This document shows, one piece after another, positions 1 to 11,809 of a stretch of 64,000 nucleotides of DNA. The notes beneath the pieces were generated by a model. It had not been told where the DNA came from and made no database searches. It worked only from the letters and a program-made list of their open reading frames with translations. Position 1 is the stretch's first letter, and each line of letters starts with the position of its first letter. A program made the position numbers and the translations under genes. The DNA is from Chiloscyllium plagiosum (lineage: Eukaryota), in the NCBI RefSeq assembly GCF_004010195.1, contig NC_057719.1, forward strand, positions 72,131,335 through 72,195,334, written 5' to 3'.

Positions 1-339
1 TTGTCTCAGTCCCAACCCTGGAACTCAGCACCACCTTCCTAACCTGCAATCTTCTTCCGGACCTCTCCGCCCCCATCCCCACTCCAGCCTATCACCCTCA
101 CTTTATCACCCTCACCTTAACCTCCTTTCACCTATCGCATTTCCAATGCTCCTCCCCCAAGTCCCTCCTCCCTACCTTTTATCTTAGCCTGCTTGGCACA
201 CTTTCCTCATTCCTGAAGAAGGGCTCATGCCCGAAACATCGATTCTCCTGCTCCTTGGATGCTGCCTGACCGGCTGCGATTTTCCAGCAACACATTTTCA
301 GCTCTGACCTCCAGCATCTGCAGTTCTCACTTTCGCCTA
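1..339 (+). mobile_element. Penelope-like element terminal repeat (pLTR, family A), 3' part
   Basis: Same sequence as the repeats at 4524, 5373 and 11439; contains hammerhead-like core CTGAAGA-AGGGC-TCAT-GCCC-GAAA-CATC at 213-240; a related copy (18540-18865) is attached to GIY-YIG C-terminal coding sequence. Confidence 0.7.
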
Positions 340-3186
340 ACAGGGAAGGCAGATGAACTCAGGGCATGGTTAGGAACATGGGACTGGGATATCATAGCAA
401 TTACAGAAACATGGCTCAGGAATGGGCATGACTGGCAGCTTAATATTCCAGAATACAAATGCTACAGGAAGGATAGAAAGGGAGGCAAGAGAGGAGGGGG
501 AATGGCATTTTTGATAAGGGATAACATTACAACTGTGCTGAGGGAGGATATTCCTGGAAATATATCCAGGGAAGTTATTTGGGTGGAACTGAGAAATAAG
601 AAAGGGATGATCACCTTATTGGGATTGTATCATAGACCCCCCAATACTCAGAGGGAAATTGAGAAACAAACTTGTAAGGCGATCTCAGCTATCTGTAGAA
701 TAATAGGGTACTTATGGTAGGGGATTTTAACTTTCCAAACATCGACTGGGACTGTCATAGTGTTAAAGGTTTAAATGGAGAGGAATTTCTGCAGTGTGTA
801 CAAGACAATTTTATGATTCAGTGTGTGGATGTACCTGCTAGAGAAGGTGCAAAACTTGACCTACTCTGGGAAGTAAGGCAGGGCAGGTGACTGAGGTGTC
901 AATGGGGGAGCACTTTGGGGCAAGCGACCATAATTCTATTAGTTTTAAAATAGTGATGAAAAAGGGTAACCAGATCTAAAAGTTGAAGTTCTAAATTGGA
1001 GAAAGGCCAATTTTGACTGTATTCAGCAAGAACTTTCGAAAGGTGATTAGAGGCAGATGTTCGCAGGTAAAGGAATGGCTGGAAAATGGGAAGCCTTCAG
1101 AAATGAGATAACAAGAATCCAGAGAAAGTATATTCCTGTCAGGGTGAAAGGGAAGACTGGTAGGTATAGGGAATGCTGGATGACTAAAGAAATTGAGGGT
1201 TTGGTTAAGAAAAAGAAGGAAGCATATGTCAAGTATAGACAGGATAGATTGAGTGAATCCTTAGAAGATTATAAGGGAAGTAGGAGTATACTTAAGAAGA
1301 AAATCAGGAGGGCAAAACAGGGACATGAGATAGCTTTGGCAAATAGAATTAAGGAGAATCCAAAGGGTTTTTACAAATATATTAAGGACAAAAGGATAAC
1401 TAGGGAGAGAATAGGGCCCCTCAAAAATCAGCAAGGCAGCCTTTGTGTGGAGCCACAGAAAATGGGGGAGATACTAAATCAATATTTTGCATCATTATTT
1501 ACTGTGGAAAAGGATATGGAACATATAGACTGCAGGGAAATAGATGGTGACATCTTGCAAAACGTCCAGATTACAGAGGAGGGAGTGCTGGATGTCTTGA
1601 AACGGTTAAAAGTGGATAAGTCCCCAGGACCTGATCAGGTGTACCCTAGAATTCTGTGGGAAGCTAGAGAAGTGATTGCTAGGCCTCTGGCTGAGATATT
1701 TGTATTCATCGATAGTCACAGGTGAGGTGCCGGAAGACTGGAGGTTGGCAAACGTGGTGCCTCTGTTTAAGAAGGGCGGTAAAAACAAGCCAGGGAACTA
1801 TAAAACGGTGAGCCTGACCTCGGTGGTGGGCAAGTTGTTGGAGGGAATCCTCAGGGATAGGATGTACATGTATTTGGAAAGGCAAGGACTGATTCGGGAT
1901 AGTCAACATGGCTTTGTGCGTGGGAAATCATGTCTCACAAACTTGATTGAGGTTTTTGAAGAAGTAACAAAGAAAATTGATGAGGGCAGAGCAGTAGATG
2001 TGATCTATATGGACTTCAGTAAGGTGTTTCACAAGGTTCCCCATGGGAGACTGATTAGCAAGGTTAGATCTCATGGAACATAGGGAGAACTAGCCATTTG
2101 GATATAGAACTGGCTCAAAGATAGAAGACAGAGGGTGGTGGTGGAGGGGTGTTTTTCAGACTGGAGGCCTGTGACAGTGGAGTGCCACAGGGATCGGGTT
2201 TGGGTCCTCGACTTTTTGTCATTTACATAAATGGTGTGGATGCGAGCTTAAGAGGTACAGTTAGTAAGTTTGCAGGTGACACCAAAATTGGAGGTGTAGT
2301 GGACAGCGAAGAGGGTTACCTCAGATTACAACAGGATCTGGACCAGATGGGCCAATGGGGGGAGAAGTGGCAGATGGAGTTTAATTCAGATAAATGCGAG
2401 GTGCTGCATTTTGGGAATGCATATCTTAGCGGGGCTTATACACTTAATGGTAAGGTCCTCGGGAGTGTTGCTGAACAAAGAGACTTTGGAGTGCAGGTTC
2501 ATAGCTCCTTGAAAGTGGAGTCGAAGGTAGATAGGATAGTGAAGAAGGCGTTTGGTATCCTTTCCTTTATTGGTCAGAGTATTGAGTACAGTAGTTGGGG
2601 GGGTCATGTTGCGGCTGTACAGGACATTGGTTAGGCCACTGTTGGAATATTGCGTGCAAGTCTGGTCTTCTTCCTATAGGAAAGATGTTGTGAAACTTGA
2701 AAGGGTTCAGAAAATATTTACAAGCATGTTGCCAGGGTTGAAGGATCTGAGCTACAGGGAGAGGCTGAACAGGCTGGAGCTGTTTTCCCTGGAGTGTCGG
2801 AGGTTTAGGGGTGACCTTATAGAGGTTTACAAAATTATGAGGGGCATGGATAGGATAAATAGACAAAGTCCCCCTGGGGTGGGGGAGTCAAGAACTAGAG
2901 GGCATAGATTTAGGGTGAGAGGAGAAAGATATAAAAGAGACCTAACAGGCAACTTTTTCACGCAGAGGGTGGTACGTGTATGGAATGAGCTGCCAGAGGA
3001 TGTGGTGGAGGCTGGTACAATTGCAACATTTAAGAGGCATTTGGATGGGTATATGAATAGGAAGGGTTTGGAGGGATAAGGGCCGGGTGCTGGCAGGTGG
3101 GACTTGATCGGGTTGGGATATCTGGTCAGCATGAACCAAAGGGTCTGCTTCCATGCTGTACATCTCTATGATTATATGACTCTAAT
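340..3186 (+). mobile_element. CR1-clade LINE, 5'-truncated, near-complete ORF2 (APE endonuclease + RT) with frameshifts
   Basis: ORF pieces DIIAITETWL, YHRPPN, KSPGPD, WRLANVVPLFKKG, QHGFVRGKSCLTNL, DVIYMDFSK, SGVPQGS, KFAGDTK, LERVQ; ends in CR1-type tail CTCTATGATTATATGACTCTA. Confidence 0.95.
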
Positions 3187-3217
3187 CTCCAACATCTGCA
3201 GTACTCACTTTCGCCTA

Positions 3218-3795
3218 TCAACCTGGTGGCAACTTTCAGGGATCTATTTATATGGACACCGAGATCTCTTTGCTCATCTACATTACCAAGAATCTTACCA
3301 TTGGCCCAATACTCTGCACTCTGGTTACTCATTCCAAACTGAATCACCCCACACTTTTCCGCATTAAACTCCATTTGCCACCTCATGGCCCAGCTCAGCA
3401 GCTTATCTATGTCCCTCTGTAACCTGCAAAATCCTTCGTCACTATCCACAACTCTACCGAGCCTAGTGTCATCTACAAATTTACTAACCCATCCTTCTAC
3501 GCCCTCATCCAGTCATTTAAAAAAATGACAAACAACAGTGGACTCAAAACAGATCCTTGTGGTACACCACTAGTAACTGAACTCCAGGATGAATATTTCC
3601 CATCACCCTCTGTCTTCTTTCAGCTAGCTAATTTCTGATACAAACGGCTAAGTCACCCTCAATCCCATGCTTCCGCATTTTGTGCAATAGCTACCATGGA
3701 CAACTTTATCAAAAGCCTTACTAAAATCGATATACACTACATCAACCGCTTTACCCTCATCCACCTGTTTGGTCACCTGCTCAAAGAACTCAATA
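3218..3795 (-). mobile_element. CR1 RT fragment
   Basis: ORF 3126-3449(-) reads LQRDIDKLLSWAMRWQMEFNAEKC; SGVPQGS-like coding near 3560. Confidence 0.85.
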
Positions 3796-3889
3796 GGGTT
3801 GAGCCCCTGAGGGGTTCCTTCACCTTAAGCTTCCTAATCAAATCTGTTTCAATATACATCACCAAATCCAAAATTGCCTGTTTCCTAGT

Positions 3890-3983
3890 AGAAGTTGAGA
3901 GTGTGTTGCTGGAAAAGCACAGCAGGTCAGGCAGCATCCGAGCAGCAGGAAAATCAACCTTTCGGGCCAGAGCCCTTCATCGG
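3890..3983 (-). mobile_element. PLE family A pLTR fragment
   Basis: TGTTGCTGGAAAAGCACAGCAGGTCAGGCAGCATCC signature; degenerate hammerhead on the minus strand. Confidence 0.65.
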
Positions 3984-4500
3984 GTCTACCCAAGCTGCTC
4001 CAAAAAACGTTCTCATACACATTCCACGAATTCCTTTTCCAACCTGATTTTCCCAGTGTACCTGCATATTGAAGTCCCCCATGATTAGTGTGATAATGCA
4101 TTTCCTGGATGCCTTTCCTATCTCCTGATTTATTTTCTTCCGAACATCCTGACTGCTGCCAGGAGGCCTGTACATAACTCCCATAATTTTCCTTAGTGGT
4201 TCTTCAAATCTACCCAGACAGATTCTATGCCTTCTGACTCTAAATTACTTCCAGCTATTGATTTAATTTCATTTCTTACTAGTATGGCAAGCCTGCCCCA
4301 TCTACCCATCTGTCCTTTCAATAGGACATGAATCCTTGATATTTAATTCCCAGCCCTGATCCCATTGCTGTCATGTTTCTGTGATACCTACAACCTCGTA
4401 ACTACCAATTTCAATTTGCACTATAAGCTCATTTACCTTGTTTGTATACAACTATACATGTATACATGCATTCAAGTACAACACCCTCAATCCTGCATTG
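3984..4500 (-). mobile_element. CR1 endonuclease fragment
   Basis: ORF 3954-4184(-) has GVMYRPP and IMGDFNM APE motifs. Confidence 0.75.
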
Positions 4501-4523
4501 ACTGGCCCCCTTCTCAGTCATCT

Positions 4524-4720
4524 TTGAGGAGAAAGTGAGGTCTGCAGATGCTGGAGATCAGAGCTGAAAATGTGTTGCTGGAAAAGCGCAGCAGGTCAGG
4601 CAGCATCCAGGGAACAGGAGAATCGACGTTTCGGCAGAAGGGCTTATACCCGAAACGTTGATTCTCCTGTTCCCTGGATGCTGCCTGACCTGCTGCGCGT
4701 TTCCAGCAACACATTTTCAG
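4524..4720. mobile_element. Fold-back PLE family A mini-insert
   Basis: Inverted arms (about 4563-4633 vs 4650-4721); 16-bp TSD CCCTTCTCAGTCATCT at 4508-4523 and 4721-4736. Confidence 0.85.
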
Positions 4721-5372
4721 CCCTTCTCAGTCATCTCCTTGCCTGCTGTGCCTGAAGTTAGATTCCTGACCTTTTCCATACTCTTTGTTCGATTACTTAT
4801 TTTGGAAACTTTATTTGCCTTTCCTGAGCTCTCCTCCGTATTATATCTTACCATAATTTTCCATTCAACTGAACTCCCCTCTCTCCCTGTCACCTATTTA
4901 ATTTAAAGCCCCATCTACATCCCCATTTATGTGATTTGCCAGGACTCTGGTCTCAACATGACTCAAGTGAATCCCAACCCATTGGAACAGCTCTCTCCTT
5001 CTCACATACTGGTACCAATATCCCAAGAATTCAAATCACTTTCTCCTGTACCAACCTATCAGCCATGCGTTTATCTCTTTGATCTTGTTGACCCAGTGCC
5101 AATTAGCTTGTTGCTCAGGTAGTAATCCTGAGATTATTACCTTTTTATTTTAGATACTAGTTGCTCACATACCCTCAGAAGAACCTGAGATCGCATCACT
5201 GGCTCATTGGTCATGGATGTATGATTCTCGCTTTGGGATTGGCATTAAACCGGTATGTGAGAGGAGCTGTTTTAAAATCCTGGACAAACCAATTGTTTGC
5301 ATTCACTTGTAGTCGACAAGGTGGCACTGTGGTTAGCAGTGCTGCATCATAGCATTGCGACTTGGGTTTGAT

Positions 5373-5577
5373 CTGAAAAATGTGTTGCTGGAAAAGCGCA
5401 GCAGGTCAGGCAGCATCCAAGGAGCAGGAGAATCAACGTTTCGGGCATAAGCCTTCTTCAGGAATTATGCCCGAAACGTCGATTCTCCTGCTCCTTGGAT
5501 GCTGCCTGACATGCTGCGCTTTTCCAGCAACATGTTTTTCAGCTCTGATCTCCAGCATCTGCAGTCCTCACTTTCGC
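5373..5577. mobile_element. Fold-back PLE family A mini-insert inside a decayed tRNA-derived V-SINE (about 5320-5650)
   Basis: Inverted arms; 15-bp TSD CGACTTGGGTTTGAT at 5358-5372 and 5578-5592; hammerhead core on the minus strand at 5435-5461. Confidence 0.85.
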
Positions 5578-5699
5578 CGACTTGGGTTTGATTCCAACCT
5601 TGGTATGACTGTCTGTGTGGATTTTGCACATTCTCCCCATATCTGGGTGGGATGACCTTCAGAGGGTCGATGCAGAGTTGGTGGCAAAATAGTTTATTT

Positions 5700-6140
5700 C
5701 TGCATTTATAGGATTCAATAAACCTCATCCTCTTATATATATTGTTGGTACCCATATGGACCAGGACAACTTGATCTTTCCCATTCCAAGTTCCTCTACA
5801 ACTCAGATGAGATATCCTGAACCTGGGCATTAGGTAGACAACACAGCCTTCAGGACTCTTGATCCTGGCCAAAGAGAACAGTGTCAATTTCCCTGACTAC
5901 TGGCTGAATTCAAGGTAATTAATTTCAGATGTGTGGCTGCCTCCTGAAACATAGCATCCAGGTAACTCTGCCCCTCCGTGATGTGTCACAGTGTTCGAAG
6001 CCCAGACTCTAGCTCATCAACTCTGAGCTAGAGTTCCTTGAGCAACCAACACACTAGTACAGATATGGTCACTACAAACCACAATGGGATCCACCAGCTC
6101 CAACATCATACAGGTACAGCACATCACCTGGCCCTTCAGC
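5700..6140 (-). mobile_element. CR1 ORF1 (esterase-like) remnant
   Basis: ORF 5465-5887(-) contains VVLVHMGTNNI, resembling the SGNH-like VHIGTND motif of CR1 ORF1. Confidence 0.55.
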
Positions 6141-6429
6141 TCTATCTTACTTACATAGTTTTTACTTTGATTCACAGAAAGGCAGTACTGCCACCCCCTT
6201 TCACAAAGTGCTGCAAGGTAGACTGTGCAGTAGTTGCTAGTAATGTGTTCTGTATCCTGGTTATTTGCTCATTAACAAATTCTCACTTAAAATTATATTG
6301 CAACAAATACTGTCCACTAAATTTTCCCCTACTGATGTTTGATCCATTTGCCTAATCTCATTTCCAAGATTCAGGTCCAGCTTTTCTCATTTGCCTGAAA
6401 ACATGGTGATATCGGCAACACTCCTGGGT

Positions 6430-6727
6430 TTTTTTTATTCACTCATAGGATGAGGGTGTTACTGTCTGGATCAGCATTTATTGCCCTGAGGCATTAAAAA
6501 TCAACAACATTGCTCTGCGTCTGGAGTCACGTGTAGTCCAGACCAGGTAAAGATTGCAGTTTCCTTCCGTAAAGGATGTTCGTGTACCAGATTTGCTTTT
6601 CAAACAATTGACAATAGATTCCAGAATCTTAAAATTGAATTCAAATTCTACCATTGCAGGATTCAAACCCAGGTCCTTGATCTCTGGACTAATAGTCCAC
6701 TGATAATACCACTAGGCTATCACCTCC
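6430..6727 (-). mobile_element. tRNA-derived Deu-type SINE (SacSINE1-like)
   Basis: Minus strand begins GGAGGTGATAGCCTAGTGGTATTATC..TGGACTATTAGTCCAG (tRNA-like head) and ends GGGCAATAAATGCTG tail. Confidence 0.6.
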
Positions 6728-7002
6728 TAACCCATATATTCTCACCCCTCTCTGCAGCATAGTCTATGTCAAGTTAATAAACAACCCCTGTTAAAAATAA
6801 TTTATAGCATTCCTGCATTTCTCTGTCATTTCTTTGCAAATTAGGTTCTTTTTGTAAAGTCCAATTCTTTGTGGACTGTGGACAAAAAAAAAATGGTTTA
6901 AAAGTTAGCCACTGGAACTTGTTGTGATCAAAGTTTGTGAGAAGATTTGTAGTTTGGGTGCTCGTTGTTGTGGTTCTGTTCGCCGAGCTGGGAATTTGTG
7001 TT

Positions 7003-7042
7003 GCAGACGTTTCGTCCCCTGTCTAGGTGACATCCTCAGTGC
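7003..7042 (-). ncRNA. Minimal type I hammerhead ribozyme motif (PLE-associated)
   Basis: Reverse complement GCA-CTGAGGA-TGTCACC-TAGACA-GGGGAC-GAAA-CG-TC-TGC: intact core, stem I GCA/TGC, stem II, palindromic ACGT in place of stem III. Confidence 0.8.
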
Positions 7043-7791
7043 TTGGGAGCCTCCTGTGAAGCGCTTCTGTGATGTTTCCTCCGGCATTTATAGTGATTTG
7101 TATCTGCCGCTTCCGGTTGTCAGTTCCAGCTGTCCGCTGCAGTGGCCGGTATATTGGGTCCAAGTCGATGTGCTTATTGATTGAATCTGTGGATGAGTGC
7201 CATGCCTCTAGGAATTCCCTGGCTGTTCTCTGTTTGGCTTGTCCTATAATAGTAGTGTTGTCCCAGTCGAATTCATGTTGCTTGTTGTCTGCGTGTGTGG
7301 CTACTAAGGATAGCTGGTCGTGTCGTTTCGTGGCTAGTTGGTGTTCATGGATGCGGATCATTAGCTGTCTTCCTGTTTGTTCTATGTAGTGCTTTGTGCA
7401 GTCCTTGCATGGGATTTTGTACACTACATTGGTTTTGCAAAATCCCATGCAACGACTGCACAAAACACGACATAGGACAAACAGGAAGACAGCTAATGAT
7501 CTGCATCCATGAACACCAACTAGCCACGAAACAACACGACCAGCTATCCTTAGTAGCCACACACTCAGATGACAAGCAACATGAGTTCGACTGGGACAAC
7601 ACTACTATTATAGGACAAGCCAAACAGAGAACAGCCAGGGAATTCCTAGAGGCATGGCACTCAGCCACAGATTCAATCAATAAGCACATCGACCTGGACC
7701 CAATATACCGGCCACTGCAGCGGACAGCTGGAACTGACAACTATAAATGCCGGAGGAAACATCACAGAAGGGCTTCACAGGAGGCTCCCAA

Positions 7792-7831
7792 GCACTGAGG
7801 ATGTCACCTAGACAGGGGACGAAACGTCTGC
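7792..7831 (+). ncRNA. Minimal type I hammerhead ribozyme motif (PLE-associated)
   Basis: GCA-CTGAGGA-TGTCACCTAGACAGGGGAC-GAAA-CG-TC-TGC; identical to the minus-strand copy at 7003-7042. Confidence 0.8.
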
Positions 7832-9039
7832 AACACAAATTCCCAGCTCGACGAACAGAACCACAACAACTTGTTGTGAGCTGTGTACCACAACATTGCC
7901 TTATTTCAAACAGTAGGGGAAAATGATAGATACCTCAGTTCTGTCTCTACATGTGTCTTTGTCTGTGTTTGCAGTTATTTTCTTCTTACTGAGAAACTAT
8001 GATGTACCTATTCATTTAACCTGAATTAGGTAGTTAGGTAGATTTGGGCAATTCACTGGTTTTATCAAATTTACACATCTGCAACAACTAGAGGAATGGT
8101 CAGGCTTGATTTCCAACTCACTAACCCTGTTGGTTCTGACATTCTACATCTTTCCTACTAATTGGTTGCCTACAAAATACACTAATCTATGCAATGGCAT
8201 TTTAATTGTTTCTTAGCTGTAGCCAAATAGCTTCTGTGCTTCATTCCTCTGAACATGCTCTCGCTATTGCAGTATTCTGTGTAATCAATACTGTTGCCAC
8301 TCTTCCTTTTATTCCTTCTATAGCTTTGCATCCAGAAACTTTTCCTATTTAGTCCTGCCCTTCATTGAGTCAGGTTTCCACTATTAGCACAACATCATTG
8401 TTTCACGTGACTATGACCCTGCAATTATTATCAATCACCATGTTGTGTATAGAGTACCACTACTTTCGAGTTAATTTCATTCCCTGTTATTATGATCCCA
8501 CCTAATTTATTACAATTTTTTACACTAGTTCTACCTGTCACTCCAAATTATTGTGCACCTTATTGTTCCTCTCTAATATTGCCTCCTGGTTTGCACAGCC
8601 CTGCCAAGTCAATTAATCCCTTCTATAGCGCTGGAAAATACTTAAAAACAGTTCTCGATGTGTACAGATGCAAATCCCATCTCTCCATAAACTGGTCTCA
8701 ATGTCCCAGGAATTTGAAACTACCTTTTATGCACCATCTCTCCAACTATGCAATCCTCTGCTCTCTCCTCCAGTTTCTCTTCTCACTGATATGTGGCATT
8801 GGGAATGATATGGAGTTTATGAACTCTAAGTATTAGTTGCTACTTTCCTTCCTAGCCTCCTGGTCTCTGACTGCAGGACCGTATTGCTCCTTCCTCTTTT
8901 GTTGTTGATGCAGTTATGGACTATGATTGTCGGTTGTACACCTGCCCAATAAAGCACTCTGCAGTCAGTCATTTGATTCCTTGGCCCTGATACAATGATA
9001 TTGCATTAACATATTTACATGACATATCAATTTTAATTC

Positions 9040-11230
9040 CTGCAATTGGGAGTATCCATCAATTAAGTCATTTTACTAACCTTGCTTATTACCTTGTGTG
9101 GACCATTGAATCTTGCTTTCAGAGGTTCATCGTGTAAAGGCAATAACAGTAACACTTTGTCACCTTTTAGAATTTTTCTAGTTGGGGTATGTTGGTCTGC
9201 CTAATCTTTCATCTTTACATGTGAAAAATTTAAATGTTCCTGTGAGTCTCTAAAAACATTGACATATAATCCAACATGGAGATTTGCCTTTTTACCTTAA
9301 AAATCTTTCATTGATCTAGTTTAATGGATTTTTTACCTTATCACCATAGATCAATTCAAACTAATATTCATTTGGGGAATCTCTGACAGCGAATAGTAAC
9401 AAACATAATCCTTTGTCCCATTCTTGCGTATTCATGACATTTTCTCACAACCTAACATATAAATTATATTTTGGAGAACTGCATTATATCCTTACAAAAT
9501 CTTGACCACTGTCTCCTTGAGATTTCTGTAATCCTATGTATCTTGCCATAGGAATTTCACGTGTACTTGCAGTATTGCTTTACAATATCTGGGCAACCAC
9601 TACCTAATGAACAACTGTTTATTCCTTGTCTACGAGTCTATCAGGATGTTTCTGTTTCCTCATCAGAACTCCATTTCGAAAATAAGAGCACTCCAGAACT
9701 TCTTTAGCTTAAGCTTGAATAGGAGTTGCCTCTACTAACTTGCTAATCTCCAGATCGGTTTTGTGAGTCTCAACTAATGAAGACATATTAAACACTTGTC
9801 ATCCCCATTCTTAAACCATTGACCTGAAGTAAAACAACTCCATTTCCGAATAATCCCTTAACAATTCCCATTGCAACTATACTCGATGACAAGTCATACT
9901 TTGTACAACAGAATTGGGACATACTCATCAGTAGTGCTGTGTATTAACATTTTGCATTCTCCAAAGAAAAACCTATGAAAGTCAGTGTCCTTCTTCAATA
10001 AAAGTGTTTGAGTAGCTCCTGTGCCTCTTTCTACTGTTGTAGATTTAGCTGCTTGAAGCTATCGGTTATAAGAAGACAACTTATCTTTTGGCAAAGATCT
10101 TTTACATCTATCTAACTTACTCACCTCTTCTGCACTCAACAGTTTATCTCATTTCCTAGTTGTAGTTAAAGCCATAATTTTAACTGTGGTATTTTCCTTT
10201 TGAATTTTTTTTTGGACTCACTCTTACGAACTCTAGTAGGTCCATGGGGTTCTTACAAGGTTCAGAAGATTTAACAAAGGCGTTCTACTTTATATAACAG
10301 AAACACTTAGGCTTTGGATTTTCTCTTCCGCCCTCAGCCGCTTTCTTTCTGATGCGAGGAGAGGATCTTGCGGAATTCTTAGCTGCTCTATCTTTAGCCC
10401 GACTACCTGCATTCCTTTTACTTTCCCATTCTCTATCCTCACGTTTATGAGGTAATGGAATAAAGCTTAGTTTTATGCATCAGCACATAATTGTGAACAA
10501 TTTCTATTGCCTCTGTGGCAGTTGGAACCCTCTGGTCTTCAACATGGCTCTCGAATACAAAAGGTAGTAATTTTTAAATTCTTTGAAGATAGTTTATCTG
10601 AGAGCTTCACTTGTGTTATTTATTCATAATGCCGCATACCTACCAGTAAAAAACCCTTTATCCTTTCAAGTTTAATATACATTTGGTGCTTACACAAACT
10701 TTATAACTTTTACCTGAAGGCCTTGAGAACTAATTCATATGTATCCAGAGTAACCATTATTACAGCAATATAAACCATTGAATTTCCTGTGTTCTGTCAA
10801 CTTGTTCTGTAGGGGCAATGGCCAACTTTTTATCAGCTGCTGCATTTGTTTCACTATTTCCTCAATTTATAAAGAATATCTCCACGTCATTTCCTATAAA
10901 TTTTGGTAAGGCCTGTCCACACTTAAATATTTCCCTGCCGGACTTTAGATTATAACCAGGAATTTCCTTATCAGTCACCTTTGCCACCTGATGTCTCTTT
11001 TTTTTAATTGCATCATTTTAAACTGACATTTCAAATCTCTCTTCTCTTTTTCCTTCTCCCATTTGAATCTTTAGCTCCAGGCTCTTAAATTCTCTTTCTC
11101 ACGCTTTTTAGTTCCTCTTAAAATGGTTGAGCTTGAGGTAAAACAAATTAAGTTCCAGTTCATTTTTCATTTCAAGCCACTTTAATTCTTTTTCATGATC
11201 AGGTGCTTTAGATCTAATTAAATGCATGGA
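9040..11230 (-). mobile_element. Decayed Gypsy LTR-retrotransposon internal region (SCAN-type gag + integrase, Gmr1-like)
   Basis: Hand translation of the minus strand: YELVLKAFR* (about 10710-10739), KEFKN..SHVEDQRV (about 10525-10590), degenerate zinc knuckle PKCFCY (about 10300), EIPMARYIGLQKSQ (about 9520-9560), KARFNGP (about 9100-9120). Confidence 0.65.
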
Positions 11231-11438
11231 GAGGAGCAGGCTGGAGGCCTGGACCGAGAGCAGACTGGAGACATGGAACGGAGCTGCTGAAGGGCAAAGC
11301 GGAGTAGGGGCGGTCAGCAGCTTGTGTGCTTGGTCAGGCCTTTCAACTTCATTTCTTATTTTCTAACTTGCACTATGAATCACTGAAAAGTGATATAACA
11401 TTTTTTTTTATTTCTCAATTTTGTATCTAAGATTTGTA

Positions 11439-11626
11439 GGAGAAAGTGAGGGCTGCAGATGCTGGAGATCAGAGCTGAAAATGTGTTGCTGGAAAAGCGC
11501 AGCAGGTCAGGCAGCATCCAAGGAACAGGAGAATCGACGTTTCAGGCATAAACCCTTCCTGAAGACGGGCTTATGCCCGAAACGTCGATTCTCCTGTTCC
11601 TTGGATGCTGCCTGACCTGCTGCGCT
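11439..11626. mobile_element. Fold-back PLE family A mini-insert
   Basis: Inverted arms; 15-bp TSD TATCTAAGATTTGTA at 11424-11438 and 11627-11641. Confidence 0.85.
11556..11588 (+). ncRNA. Minimal hammerhead ribozyme motif (PLE family A)
   Basis: TC-CTGAAGA-C-GGGC-TTAT-GCCC-GAAA-CG-TC-GA; core intact, stem I only about 2 bp. Confidence 0.65.
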
Positions 11627-11809
11627 TATCTAAGATTTGTACCCAGGTACTTTGTATCTAAGATGAAGTCGTGAGGTGTGACTTTCCACTGTTCTTCAGT
11701 ACTTGAGTACATGTGATAATAAACCTAATTCAATTCAATTGGTTTAATACTTAGTGTTTCTGGTTCTCCTTGCATTTCCACCAGTCCCAGGAATTTAGAA
11801 ATCTGAGAA

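Larger units (their letters stand above)
6928..7867. mobile_element. Penelope-like element (family B): GIY-YIG 3' end with about 450-bp inverted copy
   Basis: Both strands encode IPCxDCTKHxIxQTGRQL..RIHEH..AREFLEAWHS (GIY-YIG); arms 6964-7419 and 7438-7870; flanking direct repeat AACTTGTTGTGA at 6916-6927 and 7868-7879. Confidence 0.92.

Noticed and set aside
4524..4720. Palindromic inserts as DNA-transposon MITEs
   Set aside because: Arms are asymmetric with variable ends, TSDs vary (12-16 bp), and related sequence is attached to GIY-YIG coding DNA, which indicates retroelement origin.
4514..11615. Repeated MCCWKSAAGQAAS.. small ORFs as a peptide gene family
   Set aside because: They are antisense translations of the PLE terminal repeat.
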